Under the pieces are notes generated by a model that was given only the letters and a program-made list of their open reading frames with translations, was not told the origin of the DNA and searched no databases. The position numbers and the translations under genes were made by a program. This document shows positions 22,901 to 37,200 of a DNA stretch of 64,000 bases, in pieces. Within the stretch, counting starts at the first letter, position 1, and each line of letters opens with the position of its first letter. This stretch comes from Antedon mediterranea (Eukaryota > Animalia > Echinodermata), in contig NC_092670.1 in NCBI RefSeq assembly GCF_964355755.1, forward strand, positions 9,476,201-9,540,200, given 5' to 3'.

Positions 22901-25424
22901 ACTCTTCCTGAAAGTTATCTTTTTGTTTTTCAGGGGTTTTTGTTTTACTTTCTGACAGATACGTGTAAGGGGTGGATTTAACATTCTTGGAAAATGATTT
23001 TTTTTTTGTTGAGTATCTTTTGTTTGAATCAATTTGAAAAGGGGTGAAGAGTGCAACTTTATTTTAACAACCAAAAAAAAATCCTTTCTAAGGGTTTGTT
23101 TCTTCTTTATACACAACAAAAATAAAATTTACGAATACTGTTAATTCTTGCAACATAGGTCACTTTAAAAAACAATTATTGGCCAAAGTGCATGGACAAA
23201 ATCATTTTATTTTCAATTTTTTTTTTTTAATAAAACTTTTTTTATTGGAGAGAAACAGGCCCTAAAGCTATATGTCAGTATAGCAGTAAACTTTAATAGG
23301 TCTAATCATGGCAGGAGGTTCCCCTTAAATTCTCTCCCTTCAATCTCTAACCAACTTGTGGGCAAACAGTTCCAATTCTACAACCTAATTTTACTAAACT
23401 ATACTAATTTAATTTGAAATTAGAACACCAAATTAAATTTTTGAAAAAGAGGTCTTAAAATTATAAAATGATTCAATTATGTACATTTTAAGGTTGAATT
23501 CTGTTGTTCTACTTTAGATTTATAATGTTTAAAAAATCTGTCTACAAAATTTAACTTTTGTGATATATGTCCAGATTCAATTAATTTTCAATATCTATTA
23601 ATAATACTATTAGTTGGTGTTAAATTTATTAACATTGGTTAAAAGATTTTCAATTTCATTTAATAAAATGAATAACATCCAAATTATATCTTTTAGTGTT
23701 GGATTTTTGTCAATGAACAATTGAAAAAAATAAATAAAAGTTATTAAAAATATTTAAGGATTGGGCGCTATTTTTAAAATAAAGAAATGATGGTACAGAG
23801 TCAGAAGTAGGATTTGAAACAATACTCTTCACAATATTAAACAGGCACCAAGCTGAATGACCACGATTTCTTAACTAATTGTCGTGCTCTGTGGTTTACA
23901 GGCACTGTAACTATATTTTGTTGTTATGTCTTTTATGGGTAAACTGACTTTGGGGTTGGGTCAACCGGCTCAGCTACAGTGATTAAGTTCACTTAGGTTG
24001 ACCCTGGTCTCCCCAATTTTATTTTGTTGTTGTTATGTATATACTCAAATAGACCAAATAAATAATGAAATGAATGCCAGGCTTAATGATCTGGAGGTTG
24101 TGGGTTTGAGTCCCACTCAAGAATTACTTCTCAAATGTACTTTACATCAGAACAAAACATCTGATTATAACCATGCATTTTAATTGGTGTTTCTAGTTTT
24201 ATTTTTGTTCTAAATAAATCAAATTTATGTTACTTTAAACAGATACAATTAAATTAAGCCAGATCTATTCACTTGAAATGGTTTTTTTTTTTCATTTTAA
24301 ATAGGTTATTAAGTTAATGGTTAATAATTGGAACATAAATAAGTGGGTTTCAGCTGGCCAAATGGCACGTCATTCCATCGTTCTTTAATAACACTGGACA
24401 ATAATCTCCTATAGTAATTATTCAACATATACATTCTTTCAACATCATAGAAATAAAAAACATATGTTTGTTGAATTTATGGGTTATTATGACTGCATAC
24501 ATTTATAAAACCTAATCAGTAAGGGATTTTTGTACCATATAATTTTCTTTTTCCGCTTTCAGTTACGTATGTTCAATTATTTTTTTCCCTTTTTCGGACA
24601 TATATTTAGAAAGAAATAGTATGCAAACATGAAGGATGTCCAACCTATTTAAGTAAAAGAAATGAGGGTGAACAGGCTGCAACAAACTTGTCTACGGACA
24701 GTTCCCAACACAACTGCCAAGAGCAACTTTATAACGCAACACAAAATACATTTGTCATAATAGAAATTTAATACTTATTAATTTAACTTGAAGATTAATG
24801 CTTAGGGGGTTTTCTATCTAAGTTAGTGGTTAAACTTAAAATTAGATTTCAATTATGAGAAAGTGAAAGATTGTGTGCATCGGTCATCGCCGTAGCCTAG
24901 TTGTTAACCCACTTTAATATAATGTATCAGTACTTTAGGGTTTAACAGTGTGACAATTGGTCATCACATGTTGTTGTTTTCCGACTAGCTAACACTGTCC
25001 ATGTTCCAATTAGAAAACTAGTACATTCTTGGCATGAATGTACTGATAAGGTATACAGAACTAGAAAACATGCCTTTTATAGAAGTCTCTCAGGGGAGAT
25101 AAGCATCCTTGCCTGTCGAATAGAGTCCAGTTGTTGGGTCGCAATGGGCAGTACATGCCTAGAGACTCGGCCTAAAAACATCATATTAACTTCGTCCAGG
25201 GTCCTTAAAGCGCACGGTTTTTAGAGCAAGTTACGTATTGAAGTAGAGCTAGGAGATATGACCTCAAAAGTGTTCTGCAAATGTTCAACTGTCTGCCTTT
25301 GTGACATACTATTGTATAAATCGAACACAATCATATTAAATTATGCTAACATCTGAAGGCCCAAGCTGTATCAATGATGGTCTAACATGCCCCTCCCATT
25401 AAGACTGAACATCCCAACCACTAC

Positions 25425-25576
25425 CAGTGGCGTAACGCAGGGGGCCCAAGACCCCTAGTTAGTACTCCTAAGGGACCCTTCAATACTGTGTAGTTGCATT
25501 CGGCTAGTCATGCTTTGGGCCTGACTCTGGGGCTCCTGGGTTTAGCCAGTGAGCACTCATAGCTGTATATCCAATG
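25425..25576. mobile_element. hAT-type MITE
   Basis: cagtggcgtaac start, decayed ..atccaatg end, and 8-bp flanks ACCACTAC / ACCACCAC. The body is shared with 39590-39710 (tttagccagtgagcactcatagct). Confidence 0.7.
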
Positions 25577-28500
25577 ACCACCACATGAATACCATATATT
25601 AACAATATATCCTAATGTAAACAAATAGAGTATAAATGCAGATTTTTTTTTTAAGCTAACATAACAAATCGGTCACAAGTTTCCCTTACACAGCACACGT
25701 AGGATCGTTTTGATAGCATATTTATTCTTATTCATAAGGTAAGTGCAAAGTTTATTGGATTGTCTATATTAAATGGGGTGACACGCATAAATCATATTTC
25801 CTTGTCCAGTTTAGATTTTTATTAACATTATAAAATACAGAAATATACCTTACTGGAAATTTGAGAATTTTATTTACGCTAACAGTCGTAGATTACTTTG
25901 TTACTCCACACCGTTTATTGGCTATCGTATTTAGTATTTAAGAACTGTAAAATTACGAACTAAATATGTCTGTTTAAATGTGTAGACAACTTGAATTTAT
26001 TTTTTTTATTGGAAACAGTAAAGTTTTTCTTAGGCTAATGTACTTTTTTTCAGGGTTTCAGTATCGATGTTTGTCTTTTAAATGTATTGTAGAATTTGTA
26101 TATATTGGAATAAGACCAACTATTTTTTTTCGTTTTTCATCCTTTGTTCATAAAGTGTTCATTTCAAAATTTCAGTTAAAATGTTCTATTATAATATTTT
26201 GTTTTGCTAAATGTTTTCTTTAAACAAATTACAGGTGAATAACCAGGATGATTCCAAGTTTTATTATAAAAAGTACAATCTTTTTCCTATACCTTTTTGA
26301 GCAATTTTGGAGTTTGTCTATTTGGAAGTATTTAGAAGTTTTAGGTGACGCAATTCAAACTTTTGACGTCGATTAGATTTGAGTGAACGTAGTGTAAATT
26401 AAATTCTTCTTTATTAATATCACTCCAATTAATTATTAAAAAAAGAAAACAAAGATAAAAACTAGCTTTTTTTTTTTACAGTCAGTACTTTCACATTGTT
26501 ATGGTCCACTATGTATAATAACATTACTTCACTAAATATGTATGTCATCACAGATTTTACGATCCTTGATACTATTTATAAAGCTGTATAAAGTGTAAAT
26601 TAGATGCTATGTTATGATGCTTCACTGACATGACCACAAATCACTACATGTGCTACTATGTTGCTTAACTTTACTACGGGCCTGTTTCTACTGGCAAAGA
26701 AACCCGGTTTAAAAAAATTGTTTTTAGTTCTAGAAATTGCACTACGGCTTTTTTTCCAATTTTTCCAATTTAAAAACCTTAATTATTGGGTTTTAATAAT
26801 CAAAAACAGTTTCTGCGAAGCAATTTTATGCTTCAAGGCAATCACGGTCACTTCAGAAGGTCACCGAATAGCGTGAACATTTGACTACTATCTGTGGATA
26901 ATAATAACACCATTTTCGTTACAAATTTGCTTTATTTTGAGTAAAAAAAAAAGCTACACTGTGATCTTGGTTATAATAAATTACAAAAATCAATTTCTAA
27001 AAACCTTCTATTGAAATTTTTCAGCAGTTTACTTTATTGCTTTGATAGATTTTTTGAGTGTTAAGATGATTACGATATTGATTACTGGAAAAACCTAATT
27101 TCCCAATTTTTTGTTGTGAATACATTTTTAGAAAAAGCTTTATACCAACAAACCGTTTTTCAGGAATATCATCATATAGTCACATTATCTATAAACAAAC
27201 TGTCTTAGTAACTTTTACCATCTAATTTTTTATTACAATTTATTTATGTATTTATTTATTTATTTAATCTTTCTTTATTCTGAAATACACTTTCAATACA
27301 ATGTACTGATTTCCAATTTGTCTATTGTTAAGAAATGTATACTGTATCTGTACCTAAATATGGGCTAAAATATTAATTAGCTCAAGTATTGCCAATTGCC
27401 GAGTATTTCTCTCAGTTTAAATTTATTATTATTTATTATTTATTTATTTATTTAATTTATTTTAATAAGTCCTAATTATGACTATATATATAACTTTTAC
27501 CCTTATTAACTTGACCTGGTTTATATTATGTAATCTTTAATATTATGATAATAATGTATACCTTATGCATACATCTTTATCATATTTTGTTTGAACACTA
27601 TTATACTGTTGTTATTATGGCAAATGTAGGCTGCATACCTGGAATATTGTATTATCGAAACTTGCAGTGTTATATTATGGTGATTGCACTCAACATGAAT
27701 CTAGGGTTCTGTTATTAAATCAATAAGATTATCACAAGGAAGAATAAGTTAAATAATTCCAAATTATGAATTATGTTTTCTTTCATATTTTAACACTACT
27801 GTAAGTGTTATAAAACATTGCTTTAAATTATATCACATAATACATAATATAGCTCTTTTCACTTTGAAAACAGTCAGAAAAATCATTGCAAAAATTGCCA
27901 CAAAGTAACACTAAACGTGTGGTGTTTGATAAAACAGCATTTTTACACACAAAAATTATTCATTTTCAATGAGATTTTTTATTTTCACACCTGTAAAGCT
28001 AGAAACTGTGTATTTAAAAGGTGTAGATTGTTTGTGATCTTGTTAACTAGTATATTAAGGCTAAACAGTGTCACTTTGTGAAAACACAAAATTCATTTCA
28101 AATTCAGTGTCTGTATTCACATTTGTGATGTCACTAAGGAGAAATATCATTAAACAAATGTTTTTAAACCAATCTGATTTATATTTTACAGTACCTCCTT
28201 TGTATCGTAAAATTTGTAAATAATGTTGTTTTTTTTTTGTGGGATGTGTGTTTATTAAAAAAAATCATTAAATGTGTATTGAAATGTATTTCAGTAAATA
28301 CAAATATAAACAATAACAATTTTACACCAGAGTTACCATTTAAAAAGTTGAAAGTCAAGTGCGCACAACATTGCTAATATATTAGCATTTGAACTTGGGT
28401 AGTACTATAACATGGACTTTAACGAAATAGGTCGGAGGAAGACCTGTTATAATTAGCAATTCACGATCTCTTCAATTGGATGGGGCTATCGTACCTTGAC

Positions 28501-28818
28501 CCCTGTAATTTCTCAATTAAACTATTTAATGGAATCAGAGACCACTCTTTCCGTGGGGTCAGTGTGCAATAAACGTTGTGGTTCGATACTTTCTAAGAAG
28601 TAAATTTGTGGGTGCCTTGTAACCTAATTTACTTATTTGATAATGACAGAACAAGGACTTCTGGGATATGGGATACTGTACTTTTTTGATATAATTTGAC
28701 AAATTTAGCCAATAAAACCTTTACAATAAAATAATATTTCTTTTTTTTAAAGAGATACTGTATCGTGTAAAAAACGAAGTAAAGAATCTCAATGAAACTC
28801 TTTGAAGTCTTTATATCT

Positions 28819-28938
28819 ATCAAAAAAACTTATTCAAAAATGATTACTGATAAAATCTAAAATATTAATTTAACAAGTTACGGTATTGTTTAATAATTGA
28901 TAAATATCAGTAATCATTTTTGAATAAGTTTTTTTGAT
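28819..28938. repeat. 34-bp perfect inverted repeat with a 52-bp spacer
   Basis: atcaaaaaaacttattcaaaaatgattactgata (28819-28852) / tatcagtaatcatttttgaataagtttttttgat (28905-28938). Confidence 0.85.
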
Positions 28939-29035
28939 TATATGTTTAATTCTTATTAATAAAGTTCATGAAAAATAAAATGAAAATTAATTTACTTTAT
29001 ATTAAAAATTTAACAAAATATTTAATTTTTATTTA

Positions 29036-29704
29036 CCGTACTGACGCGGGTATAAGCCCATACTCGGGTATAAGCCCACCCCCCGACTTTTGACTAATTT
29101 TCATGAAAAATGAGGCACTCTGGTATAAGCCCACCCATTAATTCGAAGATCTACAGTGTGTGTCGTAATACATTATTTTGTATTTGGCGACGTCCATACA
29201 CCGAATACACCTTCCTTTGATCATAACCAAGCTAGGCTAATATACGCTAGGCCATATGAGGCCTAGCGGTCCTGTTTTGTTTACACTCCTCCATCGCGGT
29301 CGAAGATCGCTTCACACACGACGCTACAAGTCGCCAAAACGGAAAACCACTATTTGGTATCGGCTGCCATACAAGCTTATTAAATTTCTTTGGTACATTT
29401 CTATTTAATGAACATTGTATACTTGCTTTTCTGCTTGATAAATTCTTGTTCAATTGATGTTTAAAATAAGATATTCTACGATAAATTACACGAACTATAA
29501 GCTTAATATTCCGACACTCGAAACCTCGTGTATTTAGAGGCAACGTCGTACATGTGAGGGCGCTCACTCGCATGGTGGAATACACAGTGTACATGTGCTG
29601 TTTTTGACGATCTGCATTTTTGGATCCTCGGGTATAAGCCCACCCCCAAAACTTGACGTGATTTCATGTTCAAGGGGGGTGGGCTTATACCCGCGTCAGT
29701 ACGG
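29036..29704. mobile_element. Tc1/mariner (pogo/Tc2-like) non-autonomous element, intact ends
   Basis: TIR ccgtactgacgcgggtataagccca / tgggcttatacccgcgtcagtacgg, TA duplication on both sides, and repeated ggtataagcccac subterminal motifs. Confidence 0.92.
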
Positions 29705-30666
29705 TATATAACATTTTATTTAGCTATAAAACTGTTTAAGTCTGTTTTAAACTGTTTTTAAATTTTTTTTTATCATGTTTGTCTTTTTTATTTTAATTTT
29801 AAAATGTTATTTTGAATTATTATTGACATGTATTACTGTATAAATAATAATTAAGTTAGAAATTTGATAAAAGACAAACATTTATTTATTTATATATAAG
29901 CTGAATCTAATAAAAATTATAATTATTGTTGATATTGAAGAAAGTAACATTTAATAACCAATTAAAACACAAGCCTGTATTCAGGACGGTTCGTAGGCTT
30001 TGTACAGACCCTTTTTTGCCTATTTCAAACAACACACAACTAGCCTACAGTAGCTCATGATGATTACTTCCTATCATATAGTCACCAAAGGTGGGAGAGG
30101 GATAGGAGGAAGGGGAAAAGGAGGTTGCTCCTTTTATTGACAAAACATTGCTTGAAACTAAGCTTTCCCAAACATAAGCTAGCTATGTCATTAAATGATA
30201 TGTTACATTTTAAAAACTACTCAAATGTTTTATCAGAATTCAAATGTCGTCAGTAGTTGTTTTAATGGCCAATAAAATATATAGATAAAAAAATAACTCA
30301 TTCTCACAATTTTTTAAATGCTGATACATTAAAAAAACTATGTCATATGGTCAAAGGCATGAAGGCGACGACCGATGTAAGAATGATGGTTTTAATCGCA
30401 ATAATGAGCATTTGGTAGTTTATAGGCGTTTATTGCTTTTCTAAATTTGATATTATCTGACCAAATAACCTTCAGATCTTATTAACATCATCATCTTATA
30501 ATGTTGTCAATGCATTCATATAATCATAGTACTTTTATATTAGCAGCATAACTTCAAAACTAAAAGACAGATATTTACCATTAAATCCATAGATACTGTA
30601 CTCGTGTAATAATAAACTCAATTATTAAATATTTATTAATCAGGGTATACTTATTAAAAAGGACTA

Positions 30667-31098
<432 letters not shown>

Positions 31099-31525
31099 TC
31101 AGACTTTTTCAGGTTTGTGAAGTCTATCTGGATGCGTATATATAATAATGTTTAAGGTCCCCACTATCATGGACAGAAAGCTGTTTGTTCTTGTGCAACT
31201 TCAGATTTTTTGTTACCTCAGCCGAATAATGATGTAGGATTTTACAAAGCACCACAATAAAAAGAAAATTAATATTTTATCAGACTTTTTGGATTTGGTA
31301 ATTAATACCATGCTGACAAAAGGCTGCAACTATCCTGGAAAGGGATCGTTTTTCAGAACCATATCCTCAAGAAAACTGGAAACACCCATACTCTATGACC
31401 TCAAATATATGTAGCATTGCCAACAAAATAACAGTTTTCAGTAGCGGTGGACACATTTAAACTTTTTAAAAATGTTGATTTCTATATGTATACCATATAA
31501 CGATCTTAAGTCTTCATTAGCTTAC

Positions 31526-31635
31526 CCCTGGTTTCTCTTCTGAGCTTCTGCATGCCTCTTGCGGTCCATCATACCCCCTCTCATTCCACCAGCATATGGA
31601 TGAGGCATTGGCATACCCATTCTCTGTTGCCCTCT
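31526..31635 (-). CDS. SMARCD1: SMARCD1/BAF60-family coding exon (RGQQRMGMPMPHPYAGGMRGGMMDRKRHAEAQKRNQG), N-terminal P/G/M-rich region
   Basis: Minus strand reads ttacag|AGA...CAG GG|gtaag. 110 nt, phase 0 to phase 2, and joins in frame to the 31018 acceptor. Resembles the second coding exon of SMARCD proteins (R-G...M...MD-RKR). Confidence 0.85.
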
Positions 31636-31892
31636 CTGTAAAGACAAAATATATAAACAGTTGTTCAAATACTATCTTGAAAACCATGGCATCTTTCTAC
31701 AAAGAGAATCTTAATTTTTCATCCACTTACCTTCGATTCGATCATCATAAAAATTATTATACTGCAGTTACCACATATTTTACTGCAATATAGTATTATT
31801 TGTTTTAATGTATATGTTTTGAGGCAGTCATACAGTATCTAAAATAAGCTTTACTAAAAAGTCATAATCAGAATAAAATTTACAGTACGCCG

Positions 31893-32983
31893 TGTTACAA
31901 CCGTTAATGTAGAAAACGCCAGCTAATGTCGAAACAACTGTTAATGTAGAACAATCCACCGCTTATGTAGTAAAACTTCCAGCTAATGTAGAAACACCAA
32001 CAGCTTATGTAGTAAATAAAAATCAACACCAGCTAATGTAGAAACAGTCAACAGCTTATGTAGTAACGAAAATTGCCCCCCACCTTATGTAGTTACTATC
32101 GCCAGCTAATGTAGAAAATGTTATATATTTTACAAAAATGTCTAAATTATGTGCAAGCATCGATCATTACTTAGTAAAACGACCACACATCGTAAGCAAC
32201 CATCTCTGTTAAGGAACCGCTTCTAATAATCGACCATCTCTTGTAAGGGATCACCTCTCTCTTAACGACCACACCTCTTGTAAATGACCACCTCTTTTAA
32301 GGAACCACGACCTCTTTCTCCCTATTAAAGGACCGCTTCTCATAATCGTCAGTGACGACTCTTTTACAGGACCACCTCTCTTAACGAACCCACCTCTCGT
32401 AAGAGAGGTGGTCCTTTAAAAGAGTAGTCACTGACGATTATGAGAAGCGGTTGTTTAATAGAGAGAAAGAGGTCATGGTCCCTTAAAAGAGGTGGTCACT
32501 TACGAGAGGTGTGGTTGTTCAGAGAGGTGGTCGCTTATGAGAGGTGGTCGATTATGAGAAGTGGTCCCTTATGAGAGGAGCTGATCCCTTACGAGAGATG
32601 TTCGATTATTAGAAGCGGTCCCTTAACAGAGATGGTTGCTTACGATGTGTGATCGTTTTAGAAAGTTGGTTGCTTACGAGAGGTGGAAAGACTGATAACT
32701 AAGTAAAGATCAACGCATTTGCCCATGATTTAGACATTTTTTGTAAAATATATAACATTTTCTACATTAGCTGGCGATAGTAACTACATAAGCTGGGGGG
32801 CAATTTTCGTTACTACATAAGCTGTTGACTGTTTCTACATTAGCTGGTGTTGATTTTTATTTACTACATAAGCTGTTGGTGTTTCTACATAAGCTGGAGG
32901 TTTTACTACATAAGCGGTGGATTGTTCTACATTAACGGTTGTTTCGACATTAGCTGGCGTTTTCTACATTAACGGTTGTAACA
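31893..32983. mobile_element. 1.09-kb fold-back element with TGT...ACA termini (Ginger-like non-autonomous)
   Basis: tgttacaaccgttaatgtagaaaacgccagc... / ...gctggcgttttctacattaacggttgtaaca. The arms stay complementary to the centre near 32390. Flanks are CGCCG / CCCCG. Confidence 0.85.
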
Positions 32984-35900
32984 CCCCGGAACCAATCCAA
33001 TTTACAAATGCAATAAATTCTCATATGTGGTCAGTGTAACACAAGTCCGGGTCTTGCCCCAATAGCTTTCAGTGGCACATCTGATGTAAATTTAACTCTG
33101 ATAAGTTTCAGAATGTACATTCTACTTGATTAAACATTAATTAACTGCTTTTTAACTGGTGTACTTTGTAAATTGTCTGAATGAATTGAATTATAGTCTA
33201 CATATTCTCAGAGGCTGACTTTAACCTTAAAATTGTCTTTGTTTAGTTCATAAAAAAAATCAGAGTAGAAATAAATTTTGTTGCAGCCGTGCTTTAATTG
33301 AAGAGAAAGAAAAGGAGGGGTAAGCTGCCTCACTGTCTACACACTATACTGTAGTGTCTAAAAGGATAGAGGGGAGGTTTGACAGAAACCAGGTGACCTA
33401 TTTAATCAAGTACTACTCTGGCTGGGTTTATAACATGTTGATAAACATGTCCTTATTGGCTCATCATGGAGTCTGTACTTAGATTATATCATAGCAAAGG
33501 TTAAGTGATCATTATGGTACCACAACTTTGACAGTAAAATATGCCTGATCCCATTCTTGACATAGAAATGACAAAGAAAATAAAGCAACATACACCAGAT
33601 TTCGCTCTATTAAAAACGGGAAATAACATTCGTCAAGAAACACATACCAGCGTACAAGTACCTCTTATTCTGAAAAAATCCAGATTGTAAAAACCGCAGA
33701 AATCATGACAGAATTTTTTTAAATCTTCCTGGATACACAGTAGTTCATCATAATAACATGATCTCATACTGAGAGACATCATGTGATACCACAGTGAATA
33801 TTTGTTTTAAGTGTTATTTAAGGTAAACGTTACATGCCTTAAAGCGAGTAAACAGGCCAGTTGAGAACAGTGTACTAATTTCAGATCGCTGAACAATATG
33901 TTCTTAAAAGAAAAGGAAAGAAAGTTGGTATTCATTTTATATTTGTATGAACCACTTTTCCTCAAGGCCCAAATGATCTTAAACTAGTTTTGTCATACAA
34001 TTCGTATGTAGGTCTAATATTCAAACATTGAACAGCTCCACTGTACTGTAAATAGGCCTACAGGTGTCGTGGGCAAATAGAAAAAATAATGTTTATTGTA
34101 AAATTAGGAACGAAACAATTTAATAATAACTATTAGAGTTAATTAAAAGTCGATTTAAATTTAGAAAATAATGATTCGTAATGATTATTCATGATACTTA
34201 ATATTGGGAAACAACTATAAAAAAAAAATAGCACTATATTATAAATTTATTTCTGAGCAATAATTATTACCCAAATTTGATTAGAAATCAAATTTAATTG
34301 CTATATTTTAATCCAAATTTAAAGAAAAATTTTAAAATGGCCACTATTTTATTTTATGATCGTTTTTATAATAGCTTGTGCAAAATTTAACAGATTCTAT
34401 ATCTATGCGTTTTTAAAAAATAATTTGTGAGGTTGGGTTATCATAGCACTAACCTACTTCTGTGTTTTTTTGTATCAATTTGATGAGCAATGTTTACTTT
34501 GTTTCTCATTAAAATGATTCCAAAAGCCAAACAGAATTATGAGACCTACTTTAATCTAGACAGGTGCTAAGCAGGGACTCCTCTAGACAGGTGGCTAGTA
34601 AAATGACCAGGACAGCTGTCCTTTTAAAACAAGGCTCAAACCCAGGTGCTAAGGTTCACAGTCTATCCTCCTTGCTAGAATCAACAGGTTTCAGGAAACC
34701 CATGAACCATTTTGCCCAACAGAAAAATTAACCCACAGCATTACATTCATTAAAACAATATCAAAAGTTCCATACAAGTGTTAATATGTCTCAAACAGTT
34801 GTATAAACAAATAGAATATGTCTTGAGGTAACTAGGTATATGGTCATCATTAGATATCCAAATTGAATTTGGATCAAATGTCCAATATGTTACTGGTCAC
34901 TAACTAGGTTCGGTCACTTGGGATTCTGTACAATTGCTTTCACCTATGTCTGTACTTTGCAAGTATCCATGGAAACATGTTGTCAATTTGTACAATTGGG
35001 TTTCAGACTTCAATAAGGGTTGTGTTGAAGGATGTATTACAGAAAATAGTATGGTCACTACTCAATGCATCACAGCCAGTATCTAACTTTCAAGAACTAA
35101 CTTTTTCAATACATTTTTAAGGCACACCTAAAACAATATATTTTCTTTATCTTTCTAAGCATTTGCCTTCATTCATTCTCTTACCAACCATTAAATCCAC
35201 TTATTATTGTTTTTGACGTACAAAGATCAGAATCTATAAATAAAAAACTTTTTTATTTCATTAATTAATTAACTTATTTAGGTTCTATATTTCCAGATTG
35301 TAGATTATATTTTTTCTCAATCTTATCTACTGTTTAGTCCATTTACTTTTTTTTTTAATTGTTGGACACTTCCATTTTATTTGGTTATATTTGAGTATAA
35401 ATAAAGAAACATATTTGTAGCTACCAAAGAATGATTTAATGATATATTACCTGTAACAAATTTTAAAAACAACATCTAATTTAGGCTGAAACTGGTAAGA
35501 AACATGTACTGAGGACAAAGGGTATGAATGAAAAAAATGGTTGAGGGCAAAATCTCATTTTATAAATAAAGAAACAAATTTATTGCAATGCAAGATTTAT
35601 TCAGTTCTGTTTAAAACATACTTTTCTTTTGAAAGAAGAAATAACTAAAGGTATTACTATTAGTAAATTTATGTTTTGTAGTTGTACTAACTAAAAAACA
35701 TTTCCTGAATGGGAAAAGGGGGAAATTGAAATCTCCTAAATTGGAAATAAGTTTGGTCTGGCATCCAGAATGTATTTTTATAAAAGATTTCCAGCTTTAA
35801 ACTCTAATTTCAAAGTAGTTCAATAAAACTCTTTTGAAAGCAAAAGTACTGTTATGTGAGTGATATATTAGTTTTACAGTCCAAATGTGACCTTATTTCA

Positions 35901-37040
35901 CACCTTCAGTCCCATTGTGTAGCAATAAACTATTAAAAGCCCTAGTCCAACATTCAATTTCCACAAACATTAAAATAAATACCAAATAATACTAAAAGTT
36001 CACTGAAATTAGGGTTAAATTTATATTTGATAACCATTCACAGGCTTTTCATTGATGTTTTTAATATATTGCTTTCTTTATTTTAGGTTGTTTTATTGGG
36101 TTTTTTGTGTGTTGCATTACCTAAATAATACCTAAATCTCACAGATTAATTAAATTGCAGTAAATCACTAGGTGGGTAGAGTTTCTCTGTGCCTGTAAAT
36201 TCATATAATAATAAAATAAGAGTTGGTATAACAATGCTTTTAGAGGCAGATCCAGGATTTTCTAAATGGGGAAAGGGAGCGAGCGCTAACCGATTTACAA
36301 ATCAAGATTAACAGTTTACTTGAGAAAGCAAACTGAATGTTTGCGAAACGTTGTTGTGTACTATTTTGAGTTTTTGGGAGAAGCCGGCGAACAAAGCGCT
36401 GCCTCCTGGTTTCGCCCGAGGCCTTTGGATTTGATTCCTTAAAGGCCAGGTACGGGCAAAACATTTCTATTGATCATACATTCCAATAATTATCAATCTT
36501 TAGTTTCCCCTATGTTTCATAAATTTTGGGATTTTATTTGTGTTACAGGAGCTTGTTGAAAATTAGCACTTTCATATCAGTGGGGGGATAGTTCAAATTA
36601 CACAGTAAAATCTCTATTCTTTTGTACACAAATTTTGAAAATAGAGAGGCATTTTAAAAAGCTATGAAAAATAAACGGTGTGGTAAAAAATGTTATCGGA
36701 TGACTAAATATAGGCAATATAACTTGAATTTTACATATCTTGTATTTTTATTCAACTTCAGAATTTTATTTTCATGCTATAGCAAAAATTATCCACCGTA
36801 TATCCACCATCTTTTTTCACCTTCTAAGGAGTCACCAGACATGTTACTTCATTATGTTAACTACCTAACTACTGAAAAAAAGTCTTCCTGGTTTTTTTGG
36901 CAGAATTTTGCAAAATTTTGTATTTGACCATATTAGGGAAAATTCAAGGTTTTTCGTCTTGATTTCTGTTACAAATATTTGATTTATGTACAATTAACCA
37001 GATATTATATTTAAAATTCATGCCTGTACCTCAGCTTTAA

Positions 37041-37200
37041 AGCTCTCACTATCAAACTTAATGTGACAAAAAAATGTGATGTGCCCATATATCGATCGAC
37101 ATGATGATGTCATACCACTGCCATATTTAAGCATATAACTACCATGTTTAGGCACATCACACTTTTTTTGTAAAACTAGTTTGATAGTGTAGACAGAGCT
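37041..37200. mobile_element. Harbinger-like MITE (agctctgtctacactatcaaac family)
   Basis: TIR agctct..cactatcaaact / agtttgatagtgtagacagagct, internal palindrome aaaaaatgtgatgtgcc / ggcacatcacactttttt, and TAA/TTA flanks. Confidence 0.85.

Noticed and set aside
24080-24125. tRNA gene
   Set aside because: Only a decayed B-box (ggtttgagtcc) with no cloverleaf; probably a SINE head, as are the fragments near 21070-21260.
25700-26260. Minus-strand Penelope linker/endonuclease remnant
   Set aside because: Too many stops; the resemblance is too faint to support.
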